Positions 1 to 11,381 of a DNA stretch of 64,000 bases are shown here, one piece after another (positions within the stretch are counted from its first letter, which is position 1; each line of letters begins with the position of its first letter). The translations under genes were made by a program, and so were the position numbers. The notes below the pieces were generated by a model. The model worked only from the letters and a program-made list of their open reading frames with translations, did not search any database and was not told the DNA's origin. Source of the stretch: Felis catus. Its lineage: Eukaryota. The stretch is from NCBI RefSeq assembly GCF_018350175.1, contig NC_058368.1:218738001-218802000 (forward strand), in the 5' to 3' direction.

Positions 1-888
1 CCTTTATTTACTGTGTTATTTTCTAATTTTGGGTGCCTTTATTTTTTTAATTCATATCTATATTAAAGCTAAAATATTAATTGATAGTTATCAAGCATTG
101 ATTTTGCAGTTTGTTGTTTACTAAATGTAAGAAAGGTGTGAATCTTTACTAATTATTATGAAATTACATAAATTGTAAGATTTCTATTTGCAGTACTTTT
201 ATTTATAGAAAATGTTTTTAGTTAATACCCAATGAAGAAAAATTCACTGAAAGCTAGATGCATTCACCCTACTCACTTAATTAGGCTATAATTATTATTA
301 AAATAGTAGCTATCACCCTATAATTCTATGAATCTAATGAAAGTACAATTTTTATTTTTTTAATGGTTTTATGATATGGTACTTGTGCTATGGATTCACA
401 AAATTGGATATTCCAGTAAAAGATTGTTTTCCCAACTTTATAAATAGCTAATATAAGTAAACTTCTAATTTCCCACAATGCATTTCTGAATTTAGCTAAT
501 CAATAAGTATTTTTGGTTTAAACAAGACAGGTTTTCTTTTGTTAAAAAATTTAAAGCAGTTTCCAAGACACTTTCTCACAAAAGGAATTTCAGAGAGCAA
601 TCAATCCAATTTAAGAAAGTAACTAATGTCATCTATCTTCTACACTCCCAAAAATAAGCAGAGAAAAGTATCTTTCATTATGATAAAACAACAAAATCAA
701 GTCTATTTTTAGTTTAACTGATGGGTTCAGACAATTATAAATAACATGGGAATAGAAAAACACAGTTTTGAAATTCAAGTAATGAAAAGTGATAATAATA
801 ACAAACCCTGTACATTAATTGGAACATTCCATTATTTTTTAAAAATTTCCATAGTTTAAAGGGAATTTAAGAAATTTAAACATCTCTT

Positions 889-1112
889 GGGGCGCCTGGG
901 TGGCGCAGTCGGTTAAGCGTCCGACTTCAGCCAGGTCACGATCTCGCGGTCCGTGAGTTCGAGCCCCGCGTCAGGCTCTGGGCTGATGGCTCAGAGCCTG
1001 GAGCCTGTTTCCGATTCTGTGTCTCCCTCTCTCTCTGCCCCTCCCCCGTTCATGCTCTGTCTCTCTCTGTCCCAAAAATAAATAAACGTTGAAAAAAAAA
1101 TTAAAAAAAAAA
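889..1112 (+). mobile_element. Young felid SINE (SINEC_Fc), full length
   Basis: GGGGCGCCTGGGTGGCGCAGTCGGTTAAGCG head, CT-rich body, A tail; perfect 18-bp TSD AAGAAATTTAAACATCTC (869-886/1113-1130); about 15 CpGs intact. Confidence 0.97.
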
Positions 1113-1186
1113 AAGAAATTTAAACATCTCATCAAGTGCACATTGCAAACCAGTCACTACTGAGAATCAAACTGTGGTTTTGTGAT

Positions 1187-1330
1187 TTTATTTATTTATT
1201 TATTTACTTATTTATTTACTTATTTATTTATTTATTTATGATTAATCAATGTGTTTTAAATTGAAGTATTGTTGACATACAATATTATATTAGTTTCAGG
1301 TGTACAACATAGTGATTCAACATTTATATT
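1187..1330 (-). mobile_element. Carnivore L1 3' end fragment with (TTTA)n tail
   Basis: TTGACATACAATATTATATTAGTTTCAGGTGTACAACATAGTGATTC motif typical of an antisense L1_Carn 3' end. Confidence 0.8.
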
Positions 1331-1816
1331 TGTGACTTTTGAAATTCTAACACTTGATTCTAGTACACTTTTCCCTCTCCCCCAAATTAAGCCTCCTATT
1401 GCTAACTTGCCTAAATCATTATCAAGTTTTGAGCTAATTCAAGTTGGGAAAAAAATCCCTATCAAATTTTCTTTGTCAGTAAAAACAAAATAGAGGCTAA
1501 ATTAAAATTAATTACTGTTGATTAATTTATTTGTAGCTAAACTGTAAGCCCTATTAAATTAGAGCACAAATTGAGGATATTTTCTGAAATGTAGTGATTC
1601 TTGACCTAGAACTGACTCGAACAAGTTCTTAAATCTCTCTTTACCTTAGACTCACGATTTACAGAGTTTTTTAGTTATAAACTCTCATTTCTATGAAATT
1701 AGATTTAACTGGCCCTACACACTCTATATCCTGAAATTTGTTTTTCTACACAAACTAGTTTACAAAGTATGCTAGATATGAAATATTTATCTGTGCCAAT
1801 ATTGAATTCTATATTC

Positions 1817-2017
1817 GTTTATTTTTTTAAGTTTATTTATGTATTTAGAGAAAGAGAGAACGAGAGGGGGAGGGCAGAGAGAGGGGGACAGGATCCAAAC
1901 TGAGCAGGCTTCATGCCAACAGCAAAGAGCCTAATGTGGTGCTCAAACACACGAACTATGAGATCATTACCTGAGCCAAAGTCAGATGCTTAACTGACTA
2001 AGCCACCCTGGTGCCCC
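1817..2017 (-). mobile_element. SINEC
   Basis: Antisense SINEC ending GCCACCCTGGTGCCCC; TSD TCTATATTC. Confidence 0.93.
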
Positions 2018-2659
2018 TCTATATTCTTTTATATTTATGAACCGGGTGTCACCACTGCGACCTGTACACATATATTAAAGTGAAGAATAATTTCAGTGAG
2101 CTATCAAAAGAAAACAAGTACACATAAATCATGCTTTATTTTATGATCTATAAATTTAAGGGTATTTTAAATCATAAGCATCAAAAAAGAGTACCTGAAA
2201 GCCACAGTCCCTATTTAATACATATTAAATAAGAATGTAATAATTTTTTAGAAATAAAGATTTTAGACTTATATGTCGATCATGTTTTAATTTACATTCA
2301 CCTTCAAAATTGGAGTTTACATATTCAATTACAATGTTGTAGACATGTGGAATTTGAGAAAAAGATTATGAAAATTAGTGAATGCATTTAGTAGATAACA
2401 TTTCATTCTTAAGCAGGAAATAAATGTTTTTTATTATAAGATAATTGGGCCACCTATACATGACAGTATCTGTGAAAAGTCGAAAATCAACAACAAGCAC
2501 ACATTAATAAAAAGTTAGGAATGATAAGAATTAATTGGTTGTATTATTAGACCACTGTCTTTATAATCTCCTCAATTCCTCCATTATATATTACCTATGC
2601 TTTGGTATAAATTGAACAATTGCAGGCTATGTTGAGAGTCAGAGGTTGAATGGGAAAAG

Positions 2660-2718
2660 TGTGTATGTGTGTATGTGTGTGTGTGTATATACATATGTGT
2701 GTATATATATATATATTT
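2660..2718. repeat. Compound (TG)n/(TA)n microsatellite
   Basis: Direct inspection. Confidence 0.9.
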
Positions 2719-3130
2719 ATTTTTATTATTGCTATTATTATTTGGTCTGTGTGGAGAGAATGAAGTTTGATGGACAGGAGGTATCTTACTCTACTGGTCC
2801 ATATATAGAATGAATTTTAAATCAACTAGTTGAACAAGCAAATAGCGATTGTTATAAAATTTTCAAAGTATGACAATGTTGGCCTATGTTTAACTGTGTT
2901 AACCTTAATTCATTGGTAATCCAACATCAAGAAAAGAAAACAATTCTCTGAATTTTTACTTTAACGAATGATGACTAAGGACCCATGCTAATAACATTGA
3001 AAAGTTAAAAAAAAAATGTAACTGAAAGTAAAGTAACTAAAATAACTCTCTGTGCCTCCCTTTTAGAATAATTTAGCACTTTGTGTACTAACAAATTTTC
3101 TATACCTTTGGTAAAATATTCCCATTGATA

Positions 3131-3555
3131 TTGTAGAGGTTAAATTATAGTACTCCCCAAATTATGCCTACCCAGAACCTGTGGATGTGAATTTAATTGG
3201 AAAAGGGATCTTTGCAGAAGTACTTAAGTTAAGCATATTAAGATTAAATCATCCTGTAATTACCAAGTTAGATCTTAACCTTTGACAAATTCCTTAGATG
3301 AGAAGACACACCAAATAAGGTCAGGTGAAATAGAGATGGAGACTAGAATGATGAATGTACAAGGTGAGCAACATCAATTATTGCTGTCATTTACCGGAAG
3401 GTAGGAGAGAGAGAGGCATGGAATAGATTCTCCCTCAGAACCTGCTGATATTTTAGTTTTCAACTTCTGGATTCCAAAACTATGGGAGAATAAATATATG
3501 TCATTTAAGCCACTTTCTAGTAATTTTATATGGAATTTTTAGGAAACTATTATAG
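3131..3555 (+). mobile_element. MaLR LTR (MLT1A-C-like)
   Basis: CCCAGAACCTGTGGATGTGA...GGAAAAGGGATCTTTGCAGA...GAGGCATGGAATAGATTCTCCCTCAGA...TTTAAGCCAC motifs. Confidence 0.8.
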
Positions 3556-4099
3556 ATACTTCATCAACAAAAATATTTTGAAATGCAGTGACAATGTTTT
3601 CTAAACCTGTTATACTTCTTTTTTTTCCTGTCAAATAAAAGCATTCAGGGATAAAATGTTTAGCTACCATGTCCTGCTGTCAACATGAACTGTAAGGACA
3701 ACTGCAGGGATAAAACACGGTATTATATTTCCTATAATTTGTATAAGAAATCTGTGATACTGATGATATTCCTACTATGTACACACATATTACTTTTTTG
3801 TTTAAATAAATGTGTGATTGTTATTTAAAATAAAATATGAAAATAAGTATAAAGAATTAAAACATAAATAGATACCCTTAGACTGACATTCCTAAGATTA
3901 CAACATTTGTTATTTCAGTACTAAAGTGGATTTTCCCAGTTTCCACAGCAGTATCTCCATTCCCATATACCTTTCCAAATGTTGCCACTTCTCTTCCCTA
4001 CCAAGCATTGGAATCTCTTTTGCTTCCTCCTGAACCTCAGGGAAGAGGGGTTGTGCCTGTTCTGTACAACATGCATGGCAGAAATGATACTATTTGACA

Positions 4100-4462
4100 G
4101 TTGGGACTGTGTCAGTAAAAGTAATCCGTACAGCCCTTTGTCTGGATGATCAGGCATGGAACCTAGCTACCAAGTAGTCAAGGAGTTCTTGTCACATGGA
4201 GAGGCCATGTAGGTGTTTCAGTGATAATCCCATCTGAGGTCTCAGCAAACAGCCAGTATCAGCTGCCAGTCTGTAAGCTAGTGAACCTTCAAACTGTGCC
4301 GACTTTCAGACCTCCAGGGGAAGCCCTAGCCCTTGGGGAATTAAAACTATCTCACTGTGCCCTATCTTAATGCCTATAGAATCCATAAGAATAATATACA
4401 CTTATTTTATGTGTTTAGTTTTAGAGTAATTAATTAGTTATGCAACCACAGTTACTGGAACA
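4100..4462 (+). mobile_element. MaLR LTR remnant (MLT1F-H-like)
   Basis: CACATGGAGAGGCCATGTAGGTG...CAGCCAGTATCAGCTGCCAG...TTATGCAACCACAGTTACTGGAACA. Confidence 0.65.
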
Positions 4463-4553
4463 ATTATATTTCCTATGTAACTTTCAGTGAGTATCACGAC
4501 ATTGACTGATTCGTATTCAGCATAGGAAACAAAAAAAAATCACAGTAGCCATA

Positions 4554-4667
4554 GTGGCTCATTTGTGCTGTCAGCATGGAGCCCACTTGGGATTTTCTGT
4601 CCCCCACTCTCTGCCTCTTCTCCACTTGTGCTCATGCTCTCAAAAATAAGTAAACATTAAAAAAAAA
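4554..4667 (+). mobile_element. Short SINEC (internally deleted or 5'-truncated)
   Basis: GTGGCTCA joined directly to TGTGCTGTCAGCATGGAGCCC; A tail; degenerate TSD CA(C/T)AGTAGCCATA. Confidence 0.85.
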
Positions 4668-5286
4668 GCATAGTAGCCATAATGTTGATCAAATATCTTT
4701 CATGAGAATAACAATAAATCATCAGAGTAGGGGATAGTTAATACAATGCCTCATACAGAGAAAAGGCTCAGCAAATACTGGCAGGAAAAAAAAACATGAA
4801 AAAGCAGAATCTTCAAGTAAGTGAAAATGTTTTAAAATTTGGTTGAGAAATATTTATCTCCTTATCTTTGAGTGCATACCCTATATATAATGAGCTTTTT
4901 TGTTTTTACAGTGAGAAAGAAATGTAAACATATGTTTATATTATTTCAGAGTTTTTAAAGTTTTTATCTGTATATATTATATACTTCCCTATAGATTAAA
5001 AAGAAAACACGTGCAATGTTACTTTCGGGGCTTTTTTGGATGTCCACATTAAATGTGTCTCCTAAAGATTCAGAGATCCTAAAAATATACATATTTGTTT
5101 CTCAAAATAGATACCTTTTTTTCAATAATTTTAGGCACATCTTAAATTTAAAACATTATTTTATTTATTGAAAAAATCTCTATTTTCTTTGATTTTGACT
5201 AATGGTGATATGATTTGATTACTACAAGCTGTTGGTTATGTGTACACACCCACATATTTGACATTAATATAATTGAACACTTTTCT

Positions 5287-5512
5287 TTTTTTTAATTAAT
5301 TTTTTTTTCCAACGTTTATTTATTTTTGGGACAGAGAGAGACAGAGCATGAACAGGGGAGGGGCAGAGAGAGAAGGAGACACAGAATCGGAAACAGGCTC
5401 CAGGCTCTGAGCCATCAGCCCAGAGCCTGACGCGGGGCTCGAACTCACGGACCTCGAGATCGTGACCTGGCTGAAGTCGGACGCTTAACCGACTGCGCCA
5501 CCCAGGCGCCCC
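5287..5512 (-). mobile_element. Young SINEC_Fc
   Basis: Full antisense copy; perfect 17-bp TSD TAATTGAACACTTTTCT. Confidence 0.97.
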
Positions 5513-6299
5513 TAATTGAACACTTTTCTATACATCACATTAGATATAGTTCAGGAATAAATATTTTAAAAGAAATTATAGACCAATATCCATCAATTCT
5601 TAGTAATAGAATTATATCCTTAAAAATGTAACCATGGAAACAAGCACATGAGAAGGAATAAATTAGAGAAACAACTATGAACAAATAAATTACATGTTTT
5701 ATATAAAAGTAATTATTATTATAAATAAATCTAAGCAAGGAAGAAAACAAGAACACATTGTTTGTAGTTATTATTATGCATCATATGTTTTCAGCTATGT
5801 CAGATGTTTCTAAAGCTATACAAAGCAACAATACCAAAGTACTATCTGGAAAACAATTAATTTTGAGTGAAGTATAGAATGTTTTATATTAGGAATGTGT
5901 TGTTTATTTTTTTCTGTAGAAATATGAGGATAGTTATTATAATTAGCATTTATGGCATTTCTTTATGGAATTTTAAGCCATTAAGCATTTTCTGGAAGTT
6001 ATTGATCTCTGATGTAATCTTTTTTACAAAAAAATAAAAAGTATTTTTTTTCTATCAATCATCATAAATGAAGAGGTTGAATTATGTCTTCAAATGCAGT
6101 TCAGTCATGTTAAGTATGAAGAAAATTAGTCTAATCAATTTTTAATTATCTTGGTCTGGTGAAATGTTTGGATTTTATTATTTATTTTAAATAGGAAATT
6201 GCAAAGCAATAAATTATTTGCATTAATTTCATTGCTTAGGACATTAGTGAACTCTTAATTGTCACATATAATAGATATTTGTCAGTCTTCAAGTTACTT

Positions 6300-6560
6300 T
6301 TGCTCTTGTCTTTAATCAATACTTCTTCTCTTTTTGAGTTCTCTCTTCCATCTGTTCTGATTCTTTTCTTAATTTCTGGACTTTATCAGTCTCTTTCATG
6401 ATTTCCTCTTATTTCATCTACTCCTTAAATGTTGGTGCTCCTGAAATGGCTCTTTGCACTCCACACAATCTGTCAGGGAGAATCATACATTTATCTGGGT
6501 TTAATTTACACTTGGTCCTATTTAGCTTACGAACTAGCTAGAAGAATTTATGGTGGAGCA
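6300..6560. mobile_element. Decayed L2 fragment
   Basis: CTCCTTAAATGTTGGTGCTCCTG...CACTCCACAC pyrimidine-rich L2-like motif. Confidence 0.5.
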
Positions 6561-6699
6561 AATATTAATACCTTCTCACGTGGATTTTTTCAGACTTTGT
6601 AATAAACAAGTTTAGATAGTTTGGAATGAAACTTACTATTTATTTTTATTAAAAAAACTAAGATTAAATATGATGGAATAGATTATCATTGTCAACCTT

Positions 6700-7095
6700 T
6701 CATTTCTATCTTATAGTGGAAGTATAAATCCATACCCTTGGCCATGTGACTTTACTAGTGTTTCTCACTAGAACAGATGAAGTATATCCTGTCACCTTGA
6801 TATTTGGCCCTAGCTAGGTGAGTTATTTTCTCAAATTAATTTGATGACAGCAAAAAATTTAGATGTGCTTGTAAGCTTTGCTCCCATATTTTTCTAATCC
6901 ATGCTGAGAGGAAAATAGACATTGGTCCAAAAATGAATAGAAATGGAACAGATGAACCCAAACCTCAGCTTGGAGATAAGCCAGGGTGAGCCAGAGGAAC
7001 CAGTGCTGACCCATCTATGTATATGAAAAGGTAAATTTTAAATTTCTGAGATTTGGAAGTTGTTACACATCATTATCACAACAAAAAATAACATA
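6700..7095 (+). mobile_element. MaLR LTR remnant (MLT1H/I-like)
   Basis: CCCTTGGCCATGTGACTTT...CTGAGATTTGGAAGTTGTTACACATCATT. Confidence 0.6.
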
Positions 7096-7210
7096 GAAAA
7101 ATGAATGCTAATCTAAGCAAAATGCGCACCATAATAATCCTACCCAGGACCCATATTCTCTTTTCAAGCACTGTTATCCTCCAGTGTCACTGAAACAAAA
7201 GCAGTATTTA

Positions 7211-7416
7211 GGGCACCTGGGTGGCTCAGTAATTTAAATCTCCGACTTTGCCTCAGGTCACGATCTCACGGTTCCTGGGTTGGAGCCCCGTGGCCTGCAT
7301 TGGGCTCTGTGGCTCCAGTCTGCTTCAGATTTTGTGTCTCCCTCTCTATCTGCCCCTCCCCTGCTCATGTTCTGTCTCTCTCTGTCTCTCAAGGAAAAAA
7401 AAAGTTAAAAAAAATT
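7211..7416 (+). mobile_element. SINEC
   Basis: GGGCACCTGGGTGGCTCAG head, A tail, degenerate TSD AAACAAAA(G/T)CA(G/C)TATT. Confidence 0.93.
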
Positions 7417-7801
7417 AAACAAAATCACTATTATCATTATTTATTATATTAAGTTAGTAAAATGTAGTAGACTAATTTTACTCATTTCTTGCTTAGTGAA
7501 GCAAATTTTAGTAACACAATTACAAAATTCTCCCTGCATTCATCCCTTCTTACCAGCATAATCACAAAGTGAAATAATAAGAGAAAATTTTAAAAGCCCA
7601 ATTCACAGCTATAAGGTAAATTTTTACATTTTTCTAATAAAAATAATTATTAGCTAGGTATTACTATCAGTACCATAGTCTCATAAAACCCTAATATTTT
7701 TCTAAAGAGAATTTTTAAAATATCCCTCTTACACATTTTCTTTCTTGTATTCATTATGCCAGATAGCACTCAACTGATAGCTAAACTGATACATGAGATA
7801 G

Positions 7802-8085
7802 TGTTTAATTAAACAAGGAGCTTATTAGACTGATCTAATGCTGAGGTAGCCCATGTTAGCAAACGAAAATCTAACTTGGTTAATGCCGTAAGGTTACAAA
7901 ATTTAAACCTAGAGACAACTAATCACAAATACTAACTAGGCTTTAAGCTATATCCAATCAATAATTTCTTGCTTTGCTCCCACTTTTTCTCTATAAAAGT
8001 CTCTCCCAGAGTTTCTAGTTTGGTATTGCCCAAGGGGAATCAATGTTTGCTCAAATAATATTTTTAATATGCCTTTTTAAAATTA
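7802..8085 (+). mobile_element. Old ERV1-class LTR remnant
   Basis: TG start, CCAATC, CTATAAAAG TATA-like motif, GAATCAATGTTTGCTCAAAT 3' motif typical of ERV1 LTRs. Confidence 0.5.
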
Positions 8086-8388
8086 ATAAATTTTTAATTT
8101 AATATTTTTAATATTCAGAAGCAACCTTTACTTTCAGTAATTATTGTATACTAATTGTGCGTTAGTATTTTTTTAATTTATCTTTTACTCTACTCAAATG
8201 ACTAAAACCAAAAATGCAACTCTCTTTTTTAAAATATTACCATATTCTAATATGGCCTCTCTGCATACAGTAGTATTATTGTACCCTCTAAAAAATAAGA
8301 ACACCACTGATGATAACAATGACAACAATTATTATTTAGATAACTATCACATTTATATTTCAAGCATTGTATTAACTTGTACTTTATT

Positions 8389-8876
8389 TGAAAGGGCGGG
8401 CCTATGCCAGCCGACTCCATCTTGTTCTGTGTCCTTCACCTTGACCACACCTCTTCCCCTTGACTCCATCTTGTTCTGTGTCCTTCACCTTGACCACACC
8501 TCCTCCCCTTGACTCCATCTTGTTCTGTGTCCTTCACCTTGACCACACCTCCTCCCCTTGACTCCATCTTGTTCTGTGTCCTTCACCTTGACCACACCTC
8601 CTCCCCTCGAGTAAACCCTCCCTCACCTGCCGGACCCTTCCCCAGGACCCCTCCCCAGCCAATCGGCTGAGGCCATAGCCATTACCTCACCAACTGCCCC
8701 CAGGCCCCAATAAAACCTTTGTCCTTTTGAAACTCGCTCTCTTTCCCTGGTATCTCACCGCTGCGTCGGTGCAGGTAGGGGATTGAGCTCGAGCTAGCTC
8801 AAATAAAGGCTCTTTGCTTTTGCATCGGACTCGGCTCCCTAGTGGTCTTTGGGGATCACGAATTCTGGGCATAACA
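8389..8876 (+). mobile_element. Young solo ERV LTR (gammaretroviral/ERV1 type), 488 bp
   Basis: TG...CA termini (TGAAAGGG...GGCATAACA), perfect 4-bp TSD TATT (8385-8388/8877-8880), CCAAT at 8659, TATA-like CAATAAAA near 8708, AATAAA at 8802, about 13 CpGs retained. Confidence 0.93.
8413..8608 (+). repeat. 4 x 49-bp tandem repeat in LTR U3
   Basis: Unit GACTCCATCTTGTTCTGTGTCCTTCACCTTGACCACACCTCCTCCCCTT starts at 8413, 8462, 8511 and 8560; only 2 differences in total. Confidence 0.98.
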
Positions 8877-8880
8877 TATT

Positions 8881-9020
8881 AACTCAATTTAATTTACTTG
8901 ACATAATATGATGAAACTGAGGGACAGAGGCACCAAGTTAGTTGCCCGAGTACATATGGCTAACGTGTCAGAGCTGGAACGTGAACAGAACTCATCTGTT
9001 TCAAGAGTCCAGCAGCTAAC
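8881..9020 (-). mobile_element. MIR (probably interrupted by the solo LTR)
   Basis: GATGAAACTGAGGGACAGAGG...TTGCCCGAG...CAGAGCTGGAA MIR core. Confidence 0.75.
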
Positions 9021-10673
9021 TGAATTGCTATGGAGCCAATATTGCTTCTCTATATATGTGAAATAGAATTTTTAAATAGGTTATATCACTTCTCCTTTTG
9101 AAAATCTTCTTGGAAGTTCTTAACTGCCTTTGAAGTAATATAATGCAGACTTTGTGATATGACATAGAAAGTTTCCATGATTTATTTCTTTCCTCTTCAG
9201 CTTCACTCAGATCTGTGGTAGTATCCCTAACAGCAAACAGGAGCATATTTCTTACCCCCTGCTGTTTCTGGCCTTTCTTGGTCTCTTCTTGAGATGTGTC
9301 TCTCTACTTTATCTTTCTACTTTAAAATTGCCTGCTCTTTCCTTAGGATTTAGTCCTAAGCTGAATAAAGTCCTGAGAGAGTCTGAATCAGGGAGCCAAA
9401 GTGAGCTAGGAAACCTTCCCCCAGACTCCCATGAGTCTTTTGTGAGGTAAAAATTTCCTATAGATACTTGGCTCTTCCCCATGTCTCACTCATTAGGGTT
9501 TGAGCTATTTTGAGTTTGGGACATTAACTTCTTCATCTTTGTTTCTCCAAAATTTAGAGAACATAAATTCTGAATCATTCTGATAGTTTTCTGTTAAGAT
9601 GATATGAAATATTACATGAGTATAAACTATTATTATGATTAAATCTCTTAACTAGTTACATCATTTTTTCCCCACTGAGTCAGATTTTTAGTGTCTTGTT
9701 TTCTGGGGGGTCAGAGGGAGAATGGAGACTAGCTAAAGATACAAGTGAGACTTCACAAAAGTCTCACTTACTCTCAACAGTGCTTTGGTTAGAATAATAT
9801 ACTAAAGCCAGTGGAAATTGAAAATAAAGTAGGACTTAAAAAAAAAAAGAGGGTCAGAATAGAAAGGATTGGAAAATACATACTGTGATACATGGTGAGG
9901 CTTTCAGTACATTGAAATGAAGTCCCCTCTCCCTTTAGTCTTTATGTAATGCAGGACTTTTGAAAAGGTTGTCATAATATGAATTAGTTTATAGGCACTC
10001 TTTCAAAGAGATTTTGAAGATATGTCTTAGCAAGAGATAAATAACTGAGGTGTATTTTTCCTGCAGATTACTCTCCTCTTTCAAAGGAAGATACATTAAC
10101 TCTAATACCCCTGTTTGCTTGAAATTCTAAAGTAACCAAGATTCTAAGAGCAGCTTTTTCCTCACTATTTCTGTTTTTTAAAGCCAATCCAGTAACTGAG
10201 TTTATCACCCCCTCCATTGTTCAGTGGTGATTGGAATGACAATTTCATGACATTTAAAACTGACCAATTATTGAACGATCGGGGACTATTTTGACTCAGA
10301 TTTCTGTTCTTCAGAAATCATAAACCTGATACCCACATGTACACACACAGAATGTATGGGAGTTGCTGATGTCAAGGATGATATATCTATATATTTGCTC
10401 AGACAGGAGTACTTATCTGAGATTTTCCCATACTTTCTAAATTCCAGAGGATAGATGTGCACATCACAATTATTTGGTGGATATAAAGAAGAAGGAGGGA
10501 CTGGAGAATGTTTAGAGTTCATTGAACCTACAAATTGGCAAGATAATTTTCTCTTCCTTTCTTGTGTTTAATATACCTCTTGGAACTGAAGCAAAATCTA
10601 ATTTATGCCCTAAAATTCAAATGTGGAAGAAGTTTTTTGTTTTTTGTTTTTTTTTTGATAAATAATTTTACGT

Positions 10674-10763
10674 TTGCTTTTTATTCTATAATCTGATAAA
10701 TATAAATATATATATTTATTGCTTTTTATTCTATAATCTGATAAATATAAATATATATATTTA
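10674..10763. repeat. Perfect 2 x 45-bp tandem duplication
   Basis: TTGCTTTTTATTCTATAATCTGATAAATATAAATATATATATTTA at 10674 and 10719. Confidence 0.95.
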
Positions 10764-10793
10764 TTTATTTATTTATTTTATTTTTATTTTTTT

Positions 10794-11350
10794 CAATTTG
10801 GTATATTAAGTCAGATCCAGTGATTTAGTTAATGTTCTAGTCCTTGTCCAATTCATGGTCTAGTCACTTTGAGGAACATAGATGGTCTGTGTTTCTTCCC
10901 ACTTCATTTGTGCCTTCAAGTATTCCAGGGTGTTTAGTGACCACCTCAGCATCAGTGAAGTAAACTGTGCCTTCAGTGGTTGAATCCTCACATGACTGGT
11001 TGATTTCTCTGTAGCCTATTTGGCCAGCAGAGGTTCTACTTTGCTGGTACTGCTGGTGCTGCTTGCCTTGATATCTACAGGGTGTGATACTGGCCCTTGC
11101 TGGTGGCCAATTGTGGAGCAGCAAAGAGTTCCACATATGCGGGAGCGGAAGCTCTTTTCCTTTCCTGGATGCAAATATAGACGCATTAAGTCATTCTGTG
11201 TTTTCCTAAAAGGGTAGTGAACTTAGACATTTTTCTGCATCATAGTGGAACAAATAGTGTTCACAAAAATGCCTTCGGGGATGATCCCACAGGTCTGATT
11301 TCTTTCCTTTTGTTCCTGAGCCATATTGGATGTTGGGTTTTTGGAAGTTT
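10794..11350 (-). other. Candidate terminal exon or decayed retrocopy of an unidentified transcript
   Basis: Higher-GC non-repeat block; minus-strand acceptor TTTTATTGTTCATTTTAG|AAAC at 11351; ends in an A-rich (TAAA)n tract with several AATAAA. Confidence 0.3.
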
Positions 11351-11381
11351 CTAAAATGAACAATAAAATTATTTCCAACAT

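Noticed and set aside
889..975. tRNA-like A/B boxes
   Set aside because: These are SINE heads, not tRNA genes
8198..8512. 104-aa ORF
   Set aside because: Runs from AT-rich DNA through a MIR into the LTR repeat; not a coherent coding unit
8413..8608. CRISPR-like regular repeats
   Set aside because: No unique spacers; a head-to-tail array inside a mammalian LTR
11020..11217. Plus-strand ORF with signal-peptide-like LLVLLVLLAL and cysteines
   Set aside because: TTG start, in-frame stop just upstream and no ATG; the hydrophobic run comes from a CTG-rich low-complexity tract
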